A stretch of DNA of 64,000 nucleotides from Negaprion brevirostris (taxonomy: Eukaryota), in contig JARDVH010000042.1 in the NCBI GenBank assembly GCA_030324005.1, positions 39,881,378 to 39,945,377 on the forward strand, given 5' to 3'. The notes beneath the pieces were generated by a model. That model was not told the origin of the DNA. It did not search any database and saw nothing but the letters and a program-made list of their open reading frames with translations. Positions within the stretch are counted from its first letter, which is position 1, and every line of letters begins with the position of its first letter. A program made the translations under genes and the position numbers. Below are positions 24,926 to 38,500 of this stretch, piece after piece.

Positions 24926-25842
24926 CATAACGTTAACTTGGAGATTATCATTTCTATGGTTATGGCATAGCCAATGACTATGAAACTGCGGTGCTGCCAA
25001 CTTCATTGGAATAATGTAAGAGACGAAGGGCAGAGAGATACAGTGGGAGTACAACAACGAATTAAGGAAACCGGAAGCTCAGGGTCACACGTGCAAACTA
25101 AATATCACGGATCGCCATGCCCAATTCCTAAATTTACTGCTGTCAACAACTTTTACATTGGGTTATAATTAGTCATCAGTGCACAAAATAAATTTTCTAA
25201 AAACCTAGTCATGCCCATTACAAACTGCTTTGGCCATGATGTTTCCTACAGAGGTGCTTAATACTTGCAGAGCAAAACATCTCCAAATATAATAACTCTG
25301 TTACCAAATGCAAATCAGCCTGATTATTTTGTTCAGACTAATATTAGAAAAGTTTAAAAATATATTGAACACATTTTTCTCCTAGCTTGTAGGTTTTATA
25401 ACTATTCCATAAAGACTGATAACTGAAGATCCATTTTTTAAGATTAATACTGAAAAGAGTGACACAATATTTCATGTTTTAAAATTTTCACTGCAACAAA
25501 TGACTAAAAGGCACTGGTGGGTAAACCTTATTTTCTTTCTGTAGCAATTTTTCTACTTTAAATGTTCACCTTGTATTTTTACTGTAAGAACTGTAGTTCC
25601 ACAGAGAGTGCAAAGAGTCCACAAATGCTCCCGACTTCCAATGGGTTCAGATTTTGTTGCTCAGTCCAGCGTTTCTCTTAAATTTTTGACGAGTTTCATA
25701 AATTCACTATCAATGGTAAAGCCTGTCCCAATGACTCTTCCCTCCTGGCCATGCCAAGATAAACATCCCAGAGTCCTTAGATGGCTGTGGGATATGTCAT
25801 CCAACCAGAAATCATCTCCGTCTCACATCCAGCTGTTATAGC

Positions 25843-26045
25843 GGGCGGCATAGTGGCACAGTGGTTAGCGCTGCTGCTTTACAGTGCCAGTAACCCAGGT
25901 TCGATTCCGCAGCTTGGGTGACTGTGTGGAGTTTGCACATTCTCCCTGTATCTGTGTGGGTTTCCTCCGGGTGCTCCGGTTTTCTCCCAGAGTCAAAAGA
26001 TGTGCAGGTTAGATTGTTTGACCATGCTAAATTGTCCTTAGTTTC
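25843..26045 (+). mobile_element. HE1-type SINE (5' two-thirds)
   Basis: Pol III A box tggcacagtgg and B box ggttcgattcc followed by tgtggagtttgcacattctccc core. Confidence 0.9.
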
Positions 26046-26371
26046 AGAGGGACATGCTATTGGACATCAGAACAGGTCACATGACCCCCCTCTGTTCTAT
26101 CTTAAAGAAACAGCTCCAATACATCTTTTAAACCTCAAAATTGCAACAATTTTCTTTTGTTCCAATATTGTGTAAGTAAAAAATTACTTTTTTCCTTATC
26201 CAAACAAATATCTGTTCATTGTAACTTTGTTTTTGTGGTAGTTTATCATGTTCAATCAGTTAATTACAAATTACAAAACAATGTGTTTGCATTATGGACA
26301 GCTTTTCAAAAATTACTATTAGCAAAATAGAACTTAATCAAGACAGTACCATTCTTTTGAGGCTAAATCAT

Positions 26372-26642
26372 GGCTGGAATTTTCCAGCCGTTCCTACCAG
26401 AAGAATATTCTGTTGATGGCAAATCTCCACTGGGTGTTCCTCGGCAGTGGGAGTGGGGAGACAGAATGGGGGAGGATGTTGCACCGATCCCGGCGCTGAC
26501 AGTGGCTTGCTTAGCACTATGCTGCCAGCCTCTCCAGCAGTGCACTCTACATTGCTCGGAGTATAGGAGCTGAAAAACACAGTGGGATTTATTCCATTTT
26601 TATGCAAATTTGACACGTAGAATTTTTTGGGAAAATCCCATC
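26372..26642. mobile_element. MITE-family element
   Basis: Ends ggctggaattttcc / ggaaaatcccatcc, similar to the TIRs of the other MITEs. Confidence 0.5.
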
Positions 26643-26741
26643 CATTGTGCTATCTAACTCCACCTATTTGCTTTGGCTCAAATCTCTCATTACCTTTGGT
26701 TGATACAAAACTTTAGTGCCAAAATGTCCAACCTCATCCAT

Positions 26742-26866
26742 GGCTGGGATTCTCCAGGGCTGCTGCAGTGAATAGAGTTTTAGCTCTGCTTCAAATTCTT
26801 CATTCTCTCTGGCAGCAGGCAGGTATGGATAAGATTTGAAAAGAAGGTAAGATTGGAGAATCCCAC
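26742..26866. mobile_element. MITE related to 9366-9502, opposite orientation
   Basis: Ends ggctgggattctcca / tggagaatcccac; internal gctgcagtgaatagag mirrors ctccgttcacagcag. Confidence 0.5.
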
Positions 26867-27029
26867 ATTAGATCTGTAATTGCTGGATAGGAATTGATCT
26901 AGGATCAATTACCATTGGCAGAAGAAAGTTTCAAACTTCCAGCACTGTGTGGTAGAAGTGTTTCCTAATTTTACTCTTGAAAAATCTAGCTATAGTTTTT
27001 AGACTGCATGTCTGGCTATAAAGATGCTC

Positions 27030-27150
27030 CAACCAACTGTAGATGGAAGCATAAAATTACAGAAGAGACACATAGCAGATTAAGTGAATGGGCAGAACTT
27101 TTACAAATCTATTTCAACAGTGACAAATGTGTGATCCTCAATTTTAGATT
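27030..27150 (+). mobile_element. CR1 RT fragment
   Basis: ORF 27008 contains RLSEWAELLQIYFNSDKCVILNF, matching RL.EWA..WQM.FN..KC.V.HF. Confidence 0.7.
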
Positions 27151-28815
27151 TAAAAAGATCAGAAGAATCATAGAATCCTTACAGTTCAGAAGAAGCCCAT
27201 TCAGCCCTTCAAATCTGCACCGACTCAGTTTGTTCTATTATTGAGCTAAACTTAGATAACAAGGTGGGTTAGGATGGCTTCCATTTGCCCAAATCTGCTG
27301 CAGTTCACACTGAAAAATACCAAATTGAAAGTATTCTCTTCAAAAGAAACCTAATTCTCATCGGCTGCTTAAGGCTTGTCAAATGGCTAGATCTCCTGCT
27401 TGTAACAAGCTGAAGTTTTTTTTTAAATTGGGGTCCCACTCCAATTGCAATTTTTGAGTACCAATTTGTGGATTGTTCTCTGTACACATGCCACGGTTTG
27501 CCTAGCTAAAATTTCCTATGCAGCCAGAGACATCACCGGAAACTTTTCAAAGGCATTTTTGTGTGACTGGAAGGAGCAATGAATTCTCCTCTTGGCTGAC
27601 ACCACAAAAAAATCTTCTGGACTTCTGCCAGCCCTTCTATGCCCCAAATAAATTTCCACACGACCCCTGGCTTGAATCCACGGAGGATCTGCCAGATTTC
27701 CCAGATTTCACATTCCACACCACAGCCCCTCACCGAACCCCATTGTCAGATTTCCAAACGTTCTTGTTAGCTTACAACTAGCATTCAAATGAAGATTGAC
27801 TATGAAATTGGTTTGGGTCTTGTACTATTATTTATGGAAGACGGTGTGATCACTTAAGTCAACATCCATCTGAGATCCACTAGATATGATATTGTCTATA
27901 GTATAAGGGAGACACCCCCAGGTTTGCCTGTCATATAAGTGCATATATTGGTAGTGTGAGTGAACTCGGGAATGCGACAAGTATGATGGCATTCATGGAA
28001 GCAATTTAAACCACCTGTGAGAACATCTACATAGGATCTGAAGTTTATAACAATCAATCACTCTGCCAACTTTCTAATATTACCAAGTTTAAAAAATAGA
28101 ATACAATAATTATTTTTATTCAATGCAGGCATGTCCACGATGAGGGGAAAGAAAGTAACAAGACACAGGACAAAGATGTTCAATGAAACACAGAGGAAAA
28201 AATGAACCAAATGCCCACAGCAGATTAAAAGACATAAAAGATTGCAAATTCAGGTTTCATTTTGGAATAGATTGTTGCTAAGACGAAAAGAAAATCATCA
28301 TTTATCATTTATTTAAGGTCACATTCACAGGCTCTTTTACCATCAATACAATTCCTGATTAAGATCTCAATTCCAGTTTCCAAATCCACAGAGTCCTGCT
28401 GCATCTGGAATGTTCACATAACCTCAACTGTCCCCCACTAAGGAAAAGACATGTGACCTCGAGCACTACAACTTTTTCCATTCAAAAATGACCAATCACA
28501 GACACACCAACTGTTGCTCGTTCTGTGGGACAATCATTCAAACTGCCTTCTTGTCTGTCAGCTGACATCACTTCTCCCTCCAGCTCAAGGAAACACATCT
28601 CATGGATATGATGCCAGCATGAACTCTGACCTGAAGTTTTTCGTCCTGCACAGTCACACGTTAATGTTGCATAGCCACAAACAATTACCTGGGTATTTGA
28701 AGAACAGCAGGAAAGCATTCAAAAGAATATATTATTTTAAAACCTTAGGTTAAGATTGTAAATGTTCAAATGTTTAATTATTTAGGCACACACACCAAAC
28801 ATACAGATAAACAAT

Positions 28816-29009
28816 GGCGGGGAATCTTTGGCCTCCCCAATGGTGGGAGGCAGTACATCACTCATCGGCAGCGGGATTGTCTGGTTTCACCGCTGTCAAT
28901 GGGATTTCCCATTGACTGCACCCCAGGCCACTGGGAAACCCGCAGCAGAGTGGCGCCATCAGCAGGACCAGAAGATCCTGCTAGTGCGAACAGCTGGAGA
29001 ATTTCAGTC
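28816..29009. mobile_element. MITE (~195 bp) with central palindrome
   Basis: Homologous to 36647-36851; TIR-like ends; palindrome gtcaatggga-tt-tcccattgac at 28895-28916. Confidence 0.7.
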
Positions 29010-29371
29010 AATAAATGGCAAACAAAATAAATGATTAAATTCACATTTATGTTGCAGCCCATGAGGCTTATTCCCCTTACTTCACAATTTTCCTGTAGCA
29101 AGCACAACGTATGCCCAAATTTAAAAAACAAATCAAATTTTAACTGGTAGTTCACTAATATTAACTAAAACAAATGCAAATGAGCATCATAAACATTAGG
29201 GGCAGAATTTTTCCAAAATTGCACAGAGTGCAGGAGCAAGCAAAAAAAAAACTGTGTTAAACTTGCTGATTTCACAGCTGCCTTTTCTAGCCAGATCAAT
29301 CAGCACTTTGAGCAATTTTAAAGTGCTGGCGAGAATTACACAGCCAGCTGGAGGAGGTGATTAAACATGCC

Positions 29372-29540
29372 AGCACAGTGGCACAGTAGTTAGCGCTGCT
29401 GCCTCACAGCGCCAGGGACCTGGGTTGGGTTCCGGCCTTGGGTGACTATCTGTGTGGAGTTTGCACGTTCCCTTCGTGCCTGCTGGGTTTTCTCCCACCA
29501 GGTTAGGGAAATCGGCCATGCTAAATTGCCCCTAGTGTCC
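29372..29540 (+). mobile_element. HE1-type SINE, internally deleted
   Basis: 'gcacagtggcacagtagttagcgctgctgcctcacagcgccagggacc...tgtggagtttgcacgttc...ggccatgctaaattgccc'. Confidence 0.85.
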
Positions 29541-29574
29541 AATGTTGCATTAGCTCGGTAAAGTCACCATAATG

Positions 29575-29985
29575 AAATAACGGTTTCACAGTCATCAGTA
29601 GATTCTTAATTCCAGATTTTTAAAATTAAATTCAAATTCCACATCAGCCATCGTGGGATTCAAACCCGGATCCCCAAAACATTAGCTGAGTTTCTGGATT
29701 AATAATCTAGCAATAATACCACTAGGCCATCATCTCCCCATTCTGCAGTCCATGTGATATAGGTACACCCGTAATGCTGTTATGGAGGAAGTTCAAGGCT
29801 TTTAATCCATAGACACTGAAGGAACTGCAACATATTTTCAAGTCAGGATCGTGTGTGGCTTGGAGGGGAACCTAGAGATTATGGTGTTCCCATGTATTTG
29901 CCACCTTTATCCTTTGAGGTGCAGGCTTGGAAGATGCTGTCGAAGGAGCTTTGTGAGTTGCTGAGTACATCTTGACTGCATTTCT
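29575..29985 (-). mobile_element. tRNA-derived SINE head (29575-29720) abutting an antisense fragment of the 20625-22555 LINE family (29725-29985)
   Basis: Antisense B box (gggattcaaacccgg); 'ttggaggggaacctagagattatggtgttccca' is the reverse complement of 22334-22367. Confidence 0.65.
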
Positions 29986-30029
29986 GGGAACCCTACTATA
30001 GAAACAAAATTAAAACCGTAAGGAGCAAA

Positions 30030-31170
30030 CACCATAGATTAACCAGAATGATGCCAGGGATAGAAAACAATTAACATAATAAAGAGATTTTAGATGCTAA
30101 GATTATTACCATTGGAGCAGACAAAGCTACCGGGATATTTATCTAACAGAGGTCTTTTAAATTATGGAGGAATTTTATAGACAAGGGAAAGGCAATCTTC
30201 TTAGGTAAGGGTCATCATTTTAAAAATTGGCATTAAGAGAGTGAAGGGAGAGGTGAGAAAAAAAAAACACTGTTGCACAGAAAGTTAATGGAGCATTAAA
30301 TGCTTTGCTGCTGGGAATGAGTGAGGCAGGAACCATTGCAACTTGAGGGGAGAAATTGGATGAAAGCAAACAACAGCAGGTTAGAGAACAAGATAACAGG
30401 ATTAGTTCTGGATTGTTGTTATGGCATAGAAGGTAGCCATTTGGCCTATCATGACACCTCTCAGCGAGTCCCACTCCCCTGCCTTTTGCCTGTAGTCTGA
30501 TTTTTTTTTTCTTCAGGTAGACAATTCTCTTTTGAAAGCCTAATCTGCCTCCACCACTCTCTGTGGCAGTGCATTCCAGAAGCTAACCACTCATGGCATC
30601 AAAAGTTTCCCTGTCACCTTTGGTCCTTTCTTCATTCGCCTTAAATTGGTGTTTAACCCTTTCGCAAATGGGAACAGATTCTCCCTATCTGATTTATTCT
30701 GGCCCCTCATGATCTCCTCTTAACTTACTCTTCTATGAGGAACAGCCAAGTCCCTCATCATTGGAATGATCTTTGTACATCTTTTCTGCATCCTCTCTCA
30801 CACTTCAGGAGCACACGCCTCTTTAAGTGTGGTGCCCAGAGTTGAGGTCAACTAGTGTTTCACAAAGGTTCAAAGTAACTTCCTTGCTTTATATTCTTCT
30901 TCTATTTAAAAAGTGCAGATCCCAACTGCTAAATATGCCCTTCTACCTTCAGTAATTGATGCACATATATAACTATGCTGCATCTCCAGTCCTTCTGCTC
31001 CTGTACCTCCTTCAGACTTGTATCATCTCTCTTCATTTTTTCTACAAAAATTTATCACTTCACACTCCACTGCCTTAAACGTCATCTGACAAAAGTGTCC
31101 ACCTGTTCTACCAACCAGAAGAACACAGATGATGGGCTGAACAGCCTCTTTAATGCTGTGATAAATATTA
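30030..31170 (+). mobile_element. CR1 3' end (plus strand) interrupted at about 30415-31095
   Basis: Degenerate R.TRM.PG and LE...L.G.L..V.K motifs at 30035-30170; tail gatgggctgaacagcctc...tgctgtga resumes at about 31130. Confidence 0.6.
30415..31095 (-). mobile_element. CR1 3' fragment nested antisense in another CR1
   Basis: Starts with reversed tail (ggcatagaaggtagccatttggcc); 'ctccaccactctctgtggcagtgcattccaga' and 'gtgtggtgcccagag' are CR1 antisense hallmarks. Confidence 0.65.
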
Positions 31171-31476
31171 TGAAGTAAGCTATTGGAGATCTTTTGGCAT
31201 CTGCAAGAGAGGAGAGAGCTGCAAAAAAAAATTTGCTGTTATGGAAGGAAATCTTCCTGATAATAGATTTTATCTCAAAATGTTACTGGGTCTCTCACCA
31301 AAGTATTGATATTCTTGGAATTACTTCACTGAATAGGAAACAAAATTAGGCTGAGAGAAAAAAGGAAAATTGCCTTAAACATCAAATGTTGTATCATAAT
31401 TGTCCACAGTTAGTTCTGAATAGAAAATATTGATAGGTAGTGTGTTCGCATGTCACTGGCCCTTTGTGCTACTTTG

Positions 31477-31586
31477 GGTGGGATTCTCCTGTCTCGTCCA
31501 TGGCTGTCCGGCTGTAAGTGATAATAGAGAATTTGATGTTCCAGCCAAATTTCCATACATTTTCAGTGGCACCGGAGAATCCCAGT
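31477..31586. mobile_element. MITE related to 9366-9502
   Basis: Ends gggtgggattctcc / ggagaatcccagtc. Confidence 0.6.
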
Positions 31587-32919
31587 CACAAACAAGGATG
31601 GTGGTTTTTGGCCATGGCCAAAGAATAGGAAGAGTATCATCATAGATATGTCTGCATTGTAGAGCCACAGCAGAACTCAAAGCAAAGGACATATATAGCC
31701 AGCCACTAAATGGTATTTAAAAATAACAGTTGTATTGAACTAAGTCACAGATTAGTGCAAACCTCATATCAAAGTAATATTCACAAACTACATTCATTTT
31801 ATTAACAGAGTATGCTGGAGTATTGGCCCAGCATACCAGGGCAAACCCAGCAACGTCACAGCTGCGGTGACTACATTGGTGCATGGGACAGCACTGAACT
31901 TACCATCAGAACACAACAGCCTGCTATCAGAATTCAAAGGCCTGGATCCTGTTATCAGAACTGTGATGACCGCTGNNNNNNNNNNNNNNNNNNNNNNNNN
32001 NNNNNNNNNNNNNNNNNNNNNNNNNNNNNNNNNNNNNNNNNNNNNNNNNNNNNNNNNNNNNNNNNNNNNNNNNNNNNNNNNNNNNNNNNNNNNNNNNNNN
32101 NNNNNNNNNNNNNNNNNNNNNNNNNNNNNNNNNNNNNNNNNNNNNNNNNNNNNNNNNTAACACACCCATGCCCGATATCCCCAGCAAACCTCAAGTCGAC
32201 TAGGGGTGACATTAGTATTGGGCTCAAAGTCAGTGCAGATGGGAGATGATTTGGTAAGAGGTTGGTGAGGACAGAAGGGGGATTGCCAGGGGATGACCAT
32301 TGCCCACCGTGGGTCAGAGTGTTGCTCCATTTTACATAATTCCAGTTCCAAAAATGGTGCAAAAATTGAACCCAATGTTTCATGTAGATGATCTGTTGAA
32401 AGCTCATCAGCCTAAAACATTGCACTGAATTTTACCACAAGCTTTGGGGTCTTGATTTTGAGTGAAAAGTGGGCAGACAGTAACAGGACTGTATGACCAC
32501 AGGAAGCCTTCAAATTGTCTGTCTGCATACCAATCTCCAATTAATGAGATGAGATGGGTGGGCTCCTGATTCTGCTGGCCCAACTTCTGAAGTATCTCTG
32601 AAGTCTCTGTAGCCCCATCAGGGCAACTGATGAGGCAGATCAGGAATTGACACCATGCCTCAAAATGGAGGTGATTTTGGACAGGTATTTAAAATTTAAA
32701 ATTTAAAATTTAGGATGACTGAGGGCAGTCAGCTCCTCAGAATGGAGAGCAAACTCCTCTGGGGGAAACACAGAGGTTGTTGGGGCTGAATTTCCTACCT
32801 GTGACCCTCTCTTTAGACCATGAAGCCTCTCACTTGGATGCTATCCCACCTACCCCTAAACCCAGGACTGACACAGGGAGACTACTTCTGTGAAGCTGGT
32901 AGCCTCTCCACGCATTAAG

Positions 32920-33160
32920 AAGATGCTCAGCCATCATCAAAATGTTGGTGGTTCTGTTAAAAGGCTGGTGAATGGGCTCGTAATTATGAACATCAGCTGT
33001 CTGCCTCCATGGAGCAGGCCCAAGTCTACATTTTGTAAAGTACCCTTCCAAAGTCTCAACAGTACCCTCCAATATGAGGGGAAAGAATGACCATGGTATT
33101 TTAACTGAAGCCTAACCAAGGTTTTGTATAAAGATAAAGAGGTATGCGTTGTTTTATAAT
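32920..33160 (-). mobile_element. CR1 RT fragment
   Basis: ORF 32937-33170 contains SLYKTLVRLQLKY, matching LYK.LVRP.LEY. Confidence 0.6.
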
Positions 33161-36100
33161 GATTGTCCAAAATGCAATCTATGTGCTTTAGCTACAGATT
33201 CACAGAGATGGTCATGAAGCAATGTTCGGTCTCCTAGCCTCCATTAAGAGTATGATTATACTTGTGGTTCTGCAATTTCCACTTTAGAGTGATACATAAA
33301 TGACAATTTAACTTCAGAACTGCACTGAATCTGACCCAATCTCAGAAAACTAGGATTTGACAATGCATAAAGTGTATCTCCATTGCTGTGTCAAGCCTTG
33401 TTTAAAAAGTGCTTAGGGACCTTGGAATTTTAGAGTTGCTCCAAGTGTTCTCAAAGCCGACACCCCCAGCATGCACTCAATACATTCAAAATGTAATAGC
33501 TGGAAGCAGAGCACTGTGCATCTACATAAGCATGCATGCATGCATGCACGCACAATACCCTCAATTGAAAACTGAAATTGGAGTCTGCTAGTATCTACAG
33601 GGCACTGACTGGTTGCAACTAATTCTATAACTGTTGGTTTCAAACTAATAGCTGCAGTGTAAATAAACTGGAACGAATATTGGGAAATTAACTTAGAGTG
33701 ATGTTCTCCATTTATCTCAGCCTTGAGCTACAATTCAATATTTTGAATATAGTGTTTGGCAAATTTGTAGTAATAGTATGCTCACCATTTGCTCCTTTTA
33801 CAAATTCATGGATTGAAAATGTAGATAAAACTTTAGCCTGAATTTAGTTTTTCATTTTTTTAAAAACTTGTACTGTTTTAAGCAGTCTGCAATGCATAGA
33901 CTTAGCATTACATCGCAATTTTTAAAGAATTTAAAATGTTTTTTCATTTCCTAAACTAAAGAGCATAGTGGTGTTTCATAACAATTTTGTTTTGGATGAC
34001 AGTACAGTATGTTTTCTTCTAAATTTTCCCTGCCTGTTTTATAGTATTGTTCTTTTGACAACCATTTCAAGGACAAATTTTTTTTCAAGGCTAGCTGTTG
34101 CAAAACAGCTGCCAAAGACTGCTTGAAGTAGATCTACTGAGGTTTACAGCTAGTGATAAGACTTTTTTAATATCAACACATAATTAATAACTTGCATGTT
34201 TCCAACATTGCAAGATATGCCATAACACCTGACCAAGCGTTACTGATAAGGGGGCTTTTAACCAGATTTCCTAAAGTCCACAGTTGTTAAGTGATCTAGC
34301 CTTTGTTTTGAATTTGAGGCTTTGGTTCTATAAAGTATATTGTGATAAAAAAAATTGGTCCTTATTTCTCCCTTGACTTTTCAGCACAAATTGTACCAAA
34401 ACCAGTTTCAGAAATTTGCAAATTAAATTTAAAATTAATAATACAGGACATATACAAGACAAAATCATTTTTTTAATGGTGGTGAGCATTCTCTCCTCAT
34501 AGCTGAGCGATATAAGTGCAGCTCCAAACAATTAATAACTCAATCTTCCTACCAAATTTTAGTTAATTATTTTTCGAATGAATCATTGGGAAGAGGTTTC
34601 CACAACAGCGTTTTTGGGGATGACCTAAATATTTGTAGATTTATTGTAAAATTACCACACAGAATTCTTTTGTTTCATAAAAACCTTATAAGCTAACCTC
34701 TTACATTTCTAAAGCAACCTGTCTTAAGTTAGCACAAGCGCTAAACAGCTGACATATTAGCTTTCTGTAGTAACTTGCAAAGACAGCGATCACCAAGTAG
34801 ATTAATGAATGAAAAGTTATACAGGTAAGTAACTATGTACAAAGAGTGATACAAAGTCTATCAAACTCCATGACTCCAGACTCCAAGCTGACAAGGAAAG
34901 CCTGCGCTTAACCCCAAGATTTGAGTGCTCCAGCCCGATTAGCCACATGGGTCACATGATGCTCAGAGCTAGCATACTTTCTAATACTGAATAAAGTCGG
35001 AAGAAAAGCAGAACTCTTTGGAATTCTATCATATACTATGAAAGACTGCATAGAATTGTCTCCTAATACAACATCATTTTGAACACAGAGTTACGAAGAT
35101 GACCAACAAGATCCTCGGTTTAATCGAACAATATCTAGGTTCATACCTCGTTAAGATGCCACATGGCTGGCACTAACATTATGGCACCAGTCTTAAGCAA
35201 GCATGTCACTGGTTTAAGAAGAGAAAATGGGAGAAAATATTTATTATTTGCATAGTGGAAGTTGCAAGTTTTCAAACTCCAGAGTGCCTGTTTTTGTAAA
35301 ATTTTCAGTCTATTTGAGTTGCAGTGCCAAATAATTCCTACGTCTGAGTTGCCCATATGGAATATCTTTTAATATTTCTGTAGGCCTGTTGACAAAGTGT
35401 ATGACTAGCATTATAGAAACTAATGGAAATGAAAAACAGGTCATTTCTGTAATGGACAGCCAAACCACAATGAGAACTTTAAGCCTGGTGCAAGTTTTAG
35501 AAATGATAAAAGATACTCCAGCTAGCCACGTTAGATGTAAGAATTATTTAATGTAATAAGAACAGGCATTTTGAAAAGTTTAGGAAGTTCGAAATGTTAC
35601 CTCCTTAAACTAGCGACATGTGCTTATGGCTGGTTCCTACAGTTGGTGCCAGAACTGTGGCCTCTTGACCAAGTATGAGCCTAAATTGTGATTGTGGCTA
35701 AGCTGTTTGATTAAACCTGAGATCTTGCTGGTTTGAGTAGCTCAATACCAAAAAAGGCTTTGCTTTGACATTAAATCATCAGGATACTCTGTAGATATAA
35801 TATAACTGACACCATTAATATAAAAAGTTGTATTCTAATTTGCAAAATTGAATGCTGCTATAGGATAACCTCTCTATGCTGAATAAAATGCCAGTCATTT
35901 GTACTGACAATCTACCAACAGCAAATAACTCTTTATTAACAGAGTGCATATTAACTTGTGTATATAGCATCTAACACCAAAGTTGCCGTGACAAGACAAA
36001 TATTTTTATGATATACAGTAATCAATAAACAGAAAAGCATCCTGCAAGATAGTTCACACCAAATATCTCCTCTGCATGCACAGATTTTTTTAAACAACTT

Positions 36101-36646
36101 TAATGCTCTATATAATGCAGATTCATTTCCAGTCATCTGGTGTATCATAGTCACTTTCAAACAGATATTAACAATGCATAATATTCTAGTTCTTTCATTG
36201 CCACTCACTGTTGCGCCATGATTTACCATTGCAAGTTTGTGCTTTGAAATACTGATTGAACGTTTTACAAAATTTTTTTTAAGAATTTTCTTTTAAATTG
36301 CAAAAAAATCTAATTTCAGCCCTCAGAAATAAGACCCACTTATAGAAGTAATATGATTCATCATGGGAACATTAACATTGCAGTTTAAGAGAGAGGTGAC
36401 ATGTTCAAGACCTGTGGCTTACGAGTCAGTTAACTTTTGCTTAAGTTTAATTTCTAGCAAGCTGTTAATTGAAAAACTGCTTCGTAACCAGTGTTCCATC
36501 TCACAAAAGAGGAAAAAGGTTCTGGTAGTTACTTCTCTGTGCCAAATATAATAGTTTCTTTATCCAGTCAGCCCTACTGTCTAATCTACAAATAGCAATT
36601 GTTTTCTTCAGGTAACACCATTGCTATCTTTCCCTTTTTCTTACAC

Positions 36647-36851
36647 TGGGTGAGATCTCTGGCCTCCCCTCAGCATTTCTCTCAGCGGGAGGAGGTGATG
36701 CACCCATTTGCTGGTGGTGGAATCTTTTGGTCCCACCACTATCAATGGAAATTTCCACTGAAGCCACCCCATGCCACCAGGAAACCCACAGCAGAGGGTG
36801 TGCTGCCAGCAGGACCAGAGAATCCCACCAGCACTCGCCAGAGAACTCCAG
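36647..36851. mobile_element. MITE homologous to 28816-29009
   Basis: Shared tggcctcccc, tcaatgg.atttcca.tga, gaaaccc.cagcagag and cagcaggaccaga blocks in the same order. Confidence 0.7.
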
Positions 36852-36859
36852 CAACTATT

Positions 36860-38500
36860 TTTAACATGACAAAAATCCTCAGGAGCTTTCTGGAAGGTGG
36901 AGGAAATTAAATAAAATAGATGAAAAGTAGGAAGAAGTGGAGCCAAGATTGAAGAGGTGAGTAAAGTGACTGAAAATTTGGTTAAAAAGGTGGGCTTTTA
37001 AAACGTTTCTAAAATAGAGAAGGCAGTGAAGAGTTAGTGATTTAAAGATGGAAATTTGGAAAATAAGGTCAAGGTGAGATGGGGTCAGAGAGAGAAAGAA
37101 CATACAAAAGCTCAATCAAAGTAAAGTAAAATCAAAGTAGGAGGGGATATAAAGCTGGAGAATATTTCAGAGACAGAATAGGTCAGGATATGACAGTGGA
37201 GAGACTTGAAGACAAGTGAAAGGATTTTAAATTCAATGCAATGAAGGTCAGGGAACTGATGTAAGTCTGTAAGGCAGATTGCTGTTCATGCAGGATTTAT
37301 GGCAGAGGAGGATATTGGGCAGCTGAATTTTGAACATTGAAGTTTACAGAACATTGAGAGAATGGAGAGGAAAATATTCCACGAGTTAGGAGGTGACAAG
37401 TTTGAATAAGGATTAAGCAACTGTGGACTGAGATAGGGATGAGGTGCATAATATTGCATTATTGAAGGTAAAGTAGGTTGATAAAAATGTGGGATTCTGT
37501 CTCAAGTGGGATGCTGTGGGTTTGGCCTAATCAAGCTGCCAAAGGCGGCAGTGGAGTCAGTGATAAAAGAAAAGACATGGTAGGTACCAAAAGCAATTAC
37601 AATGATGTTTACAAGTTTATTTGGAGAAAATGTTGCCCTGCTGTCAGATTGTCAGTTGAATAGCACGGAGGAAGCCAGGATTGAGGGAAGTGGTGATGAG
37701 CTACAGCTGAACTGACATCCTGCCTGCAACCATTGTTACCGAGAGCAGCATGTAAACAAGGAAGGAGAAGAGACCAAGGATAATTATTTGCAGGTATATG
37801 CAACTGATACTGAGGGGCCAAATAAGAAGCCATTTCTTTGGCTGAGCTACTTGCTACCATCCACACTGGCTGGAATTTTACTGCCCCGCCCACCAAGGGA
37901 ATCGGAACAGGCGAGAGGACAACAAGAAGCTCTGTTGACCTCGGGTGGGATTTTATAGTTTTGGAACGAGCAAGGCCATAAAATCCTATCCACTGGAATG
38001 GAACTACACTGGACAGTGCAACAAAGTTGGACTATGGAAGAAAGAGAAAAGAGAAGCATGACATAGTCAAATAACAGAGAGGTGCAGGAGGGCAAGGAAA
38101 GAAAATCCATCACAGTCACAAATAATGCCAATTGGTGAATTTGTCTTGCAGTCAGCAGGGCAGAAACAAAACTGAAGGGATCGAATATGAGTTCTGAGAT
38201 GGTGCCAACAATTTGCAGGAAACTATACATTTGAGGATTGTACAGTAGAAAGGAAGATTAGGGATGCAATGATAGTTGAAGAGGTTGAATGGGTCTGGGT
38301 GGGCTTTGTGAGAATTGGGACTTTGAATAGTAATAGAACAGTTCCTGAGTACACAGAGTCATTAACAATGTCAACAAGATGGGGAGCCAAAATGGATAAT
38401 TTAATTCTTTAGTTTTGAGTGGTTGGTGGGGGCGGGGCGGGGGGAACAAATGTTTAGGTGGGCACAGAGACTGTGATAGCCTTGAACAGCGATCTTCCTG
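36860..38500 (-). mobile_element. Decayed L2 LINE, interrupted by a MITE
   Basis: Purine-rich plus strand; ORF 36879 contains LKAHLFNQIFSH (L2 terminal LKT.LF..AF). Confidence 0.6.
37868..37991. mobile_element. MITE nested in L2
   Basis: Ends ggctggaatttta / taaaatcctatcc; a related remnant lies at about 3700-3782. Confidence 0.55.

Noticed and set aside
21261-25057. Long ORFs (266-475 aa) in the ORF track, likewise those near 32 kb, 42.3-42.8 kb, 48.6-49.2 kb and 59 kb
   Set aside because: They consist mostly of X residues translated from N gaps
25660-25825. Minus-strand open frame DGDDFWLDDISHSHLRTLG...RETLD
   Set aside because: Bounded by stops, no in-frame splice or start support, no recognisable family
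25843-25915. tRNA-gene-like A/B boxes (also 29372, 46101, 49343)
   Set aside because: They continue into SINE bodies and do not form cloverleaves, so these are SINE heads rather than tRNA genes
33530-33548. (GCAT)n run containing RBFOX-type TGCATG motifs on both strands
   Set aside because: Simple microsatellite with no supported exon nearby
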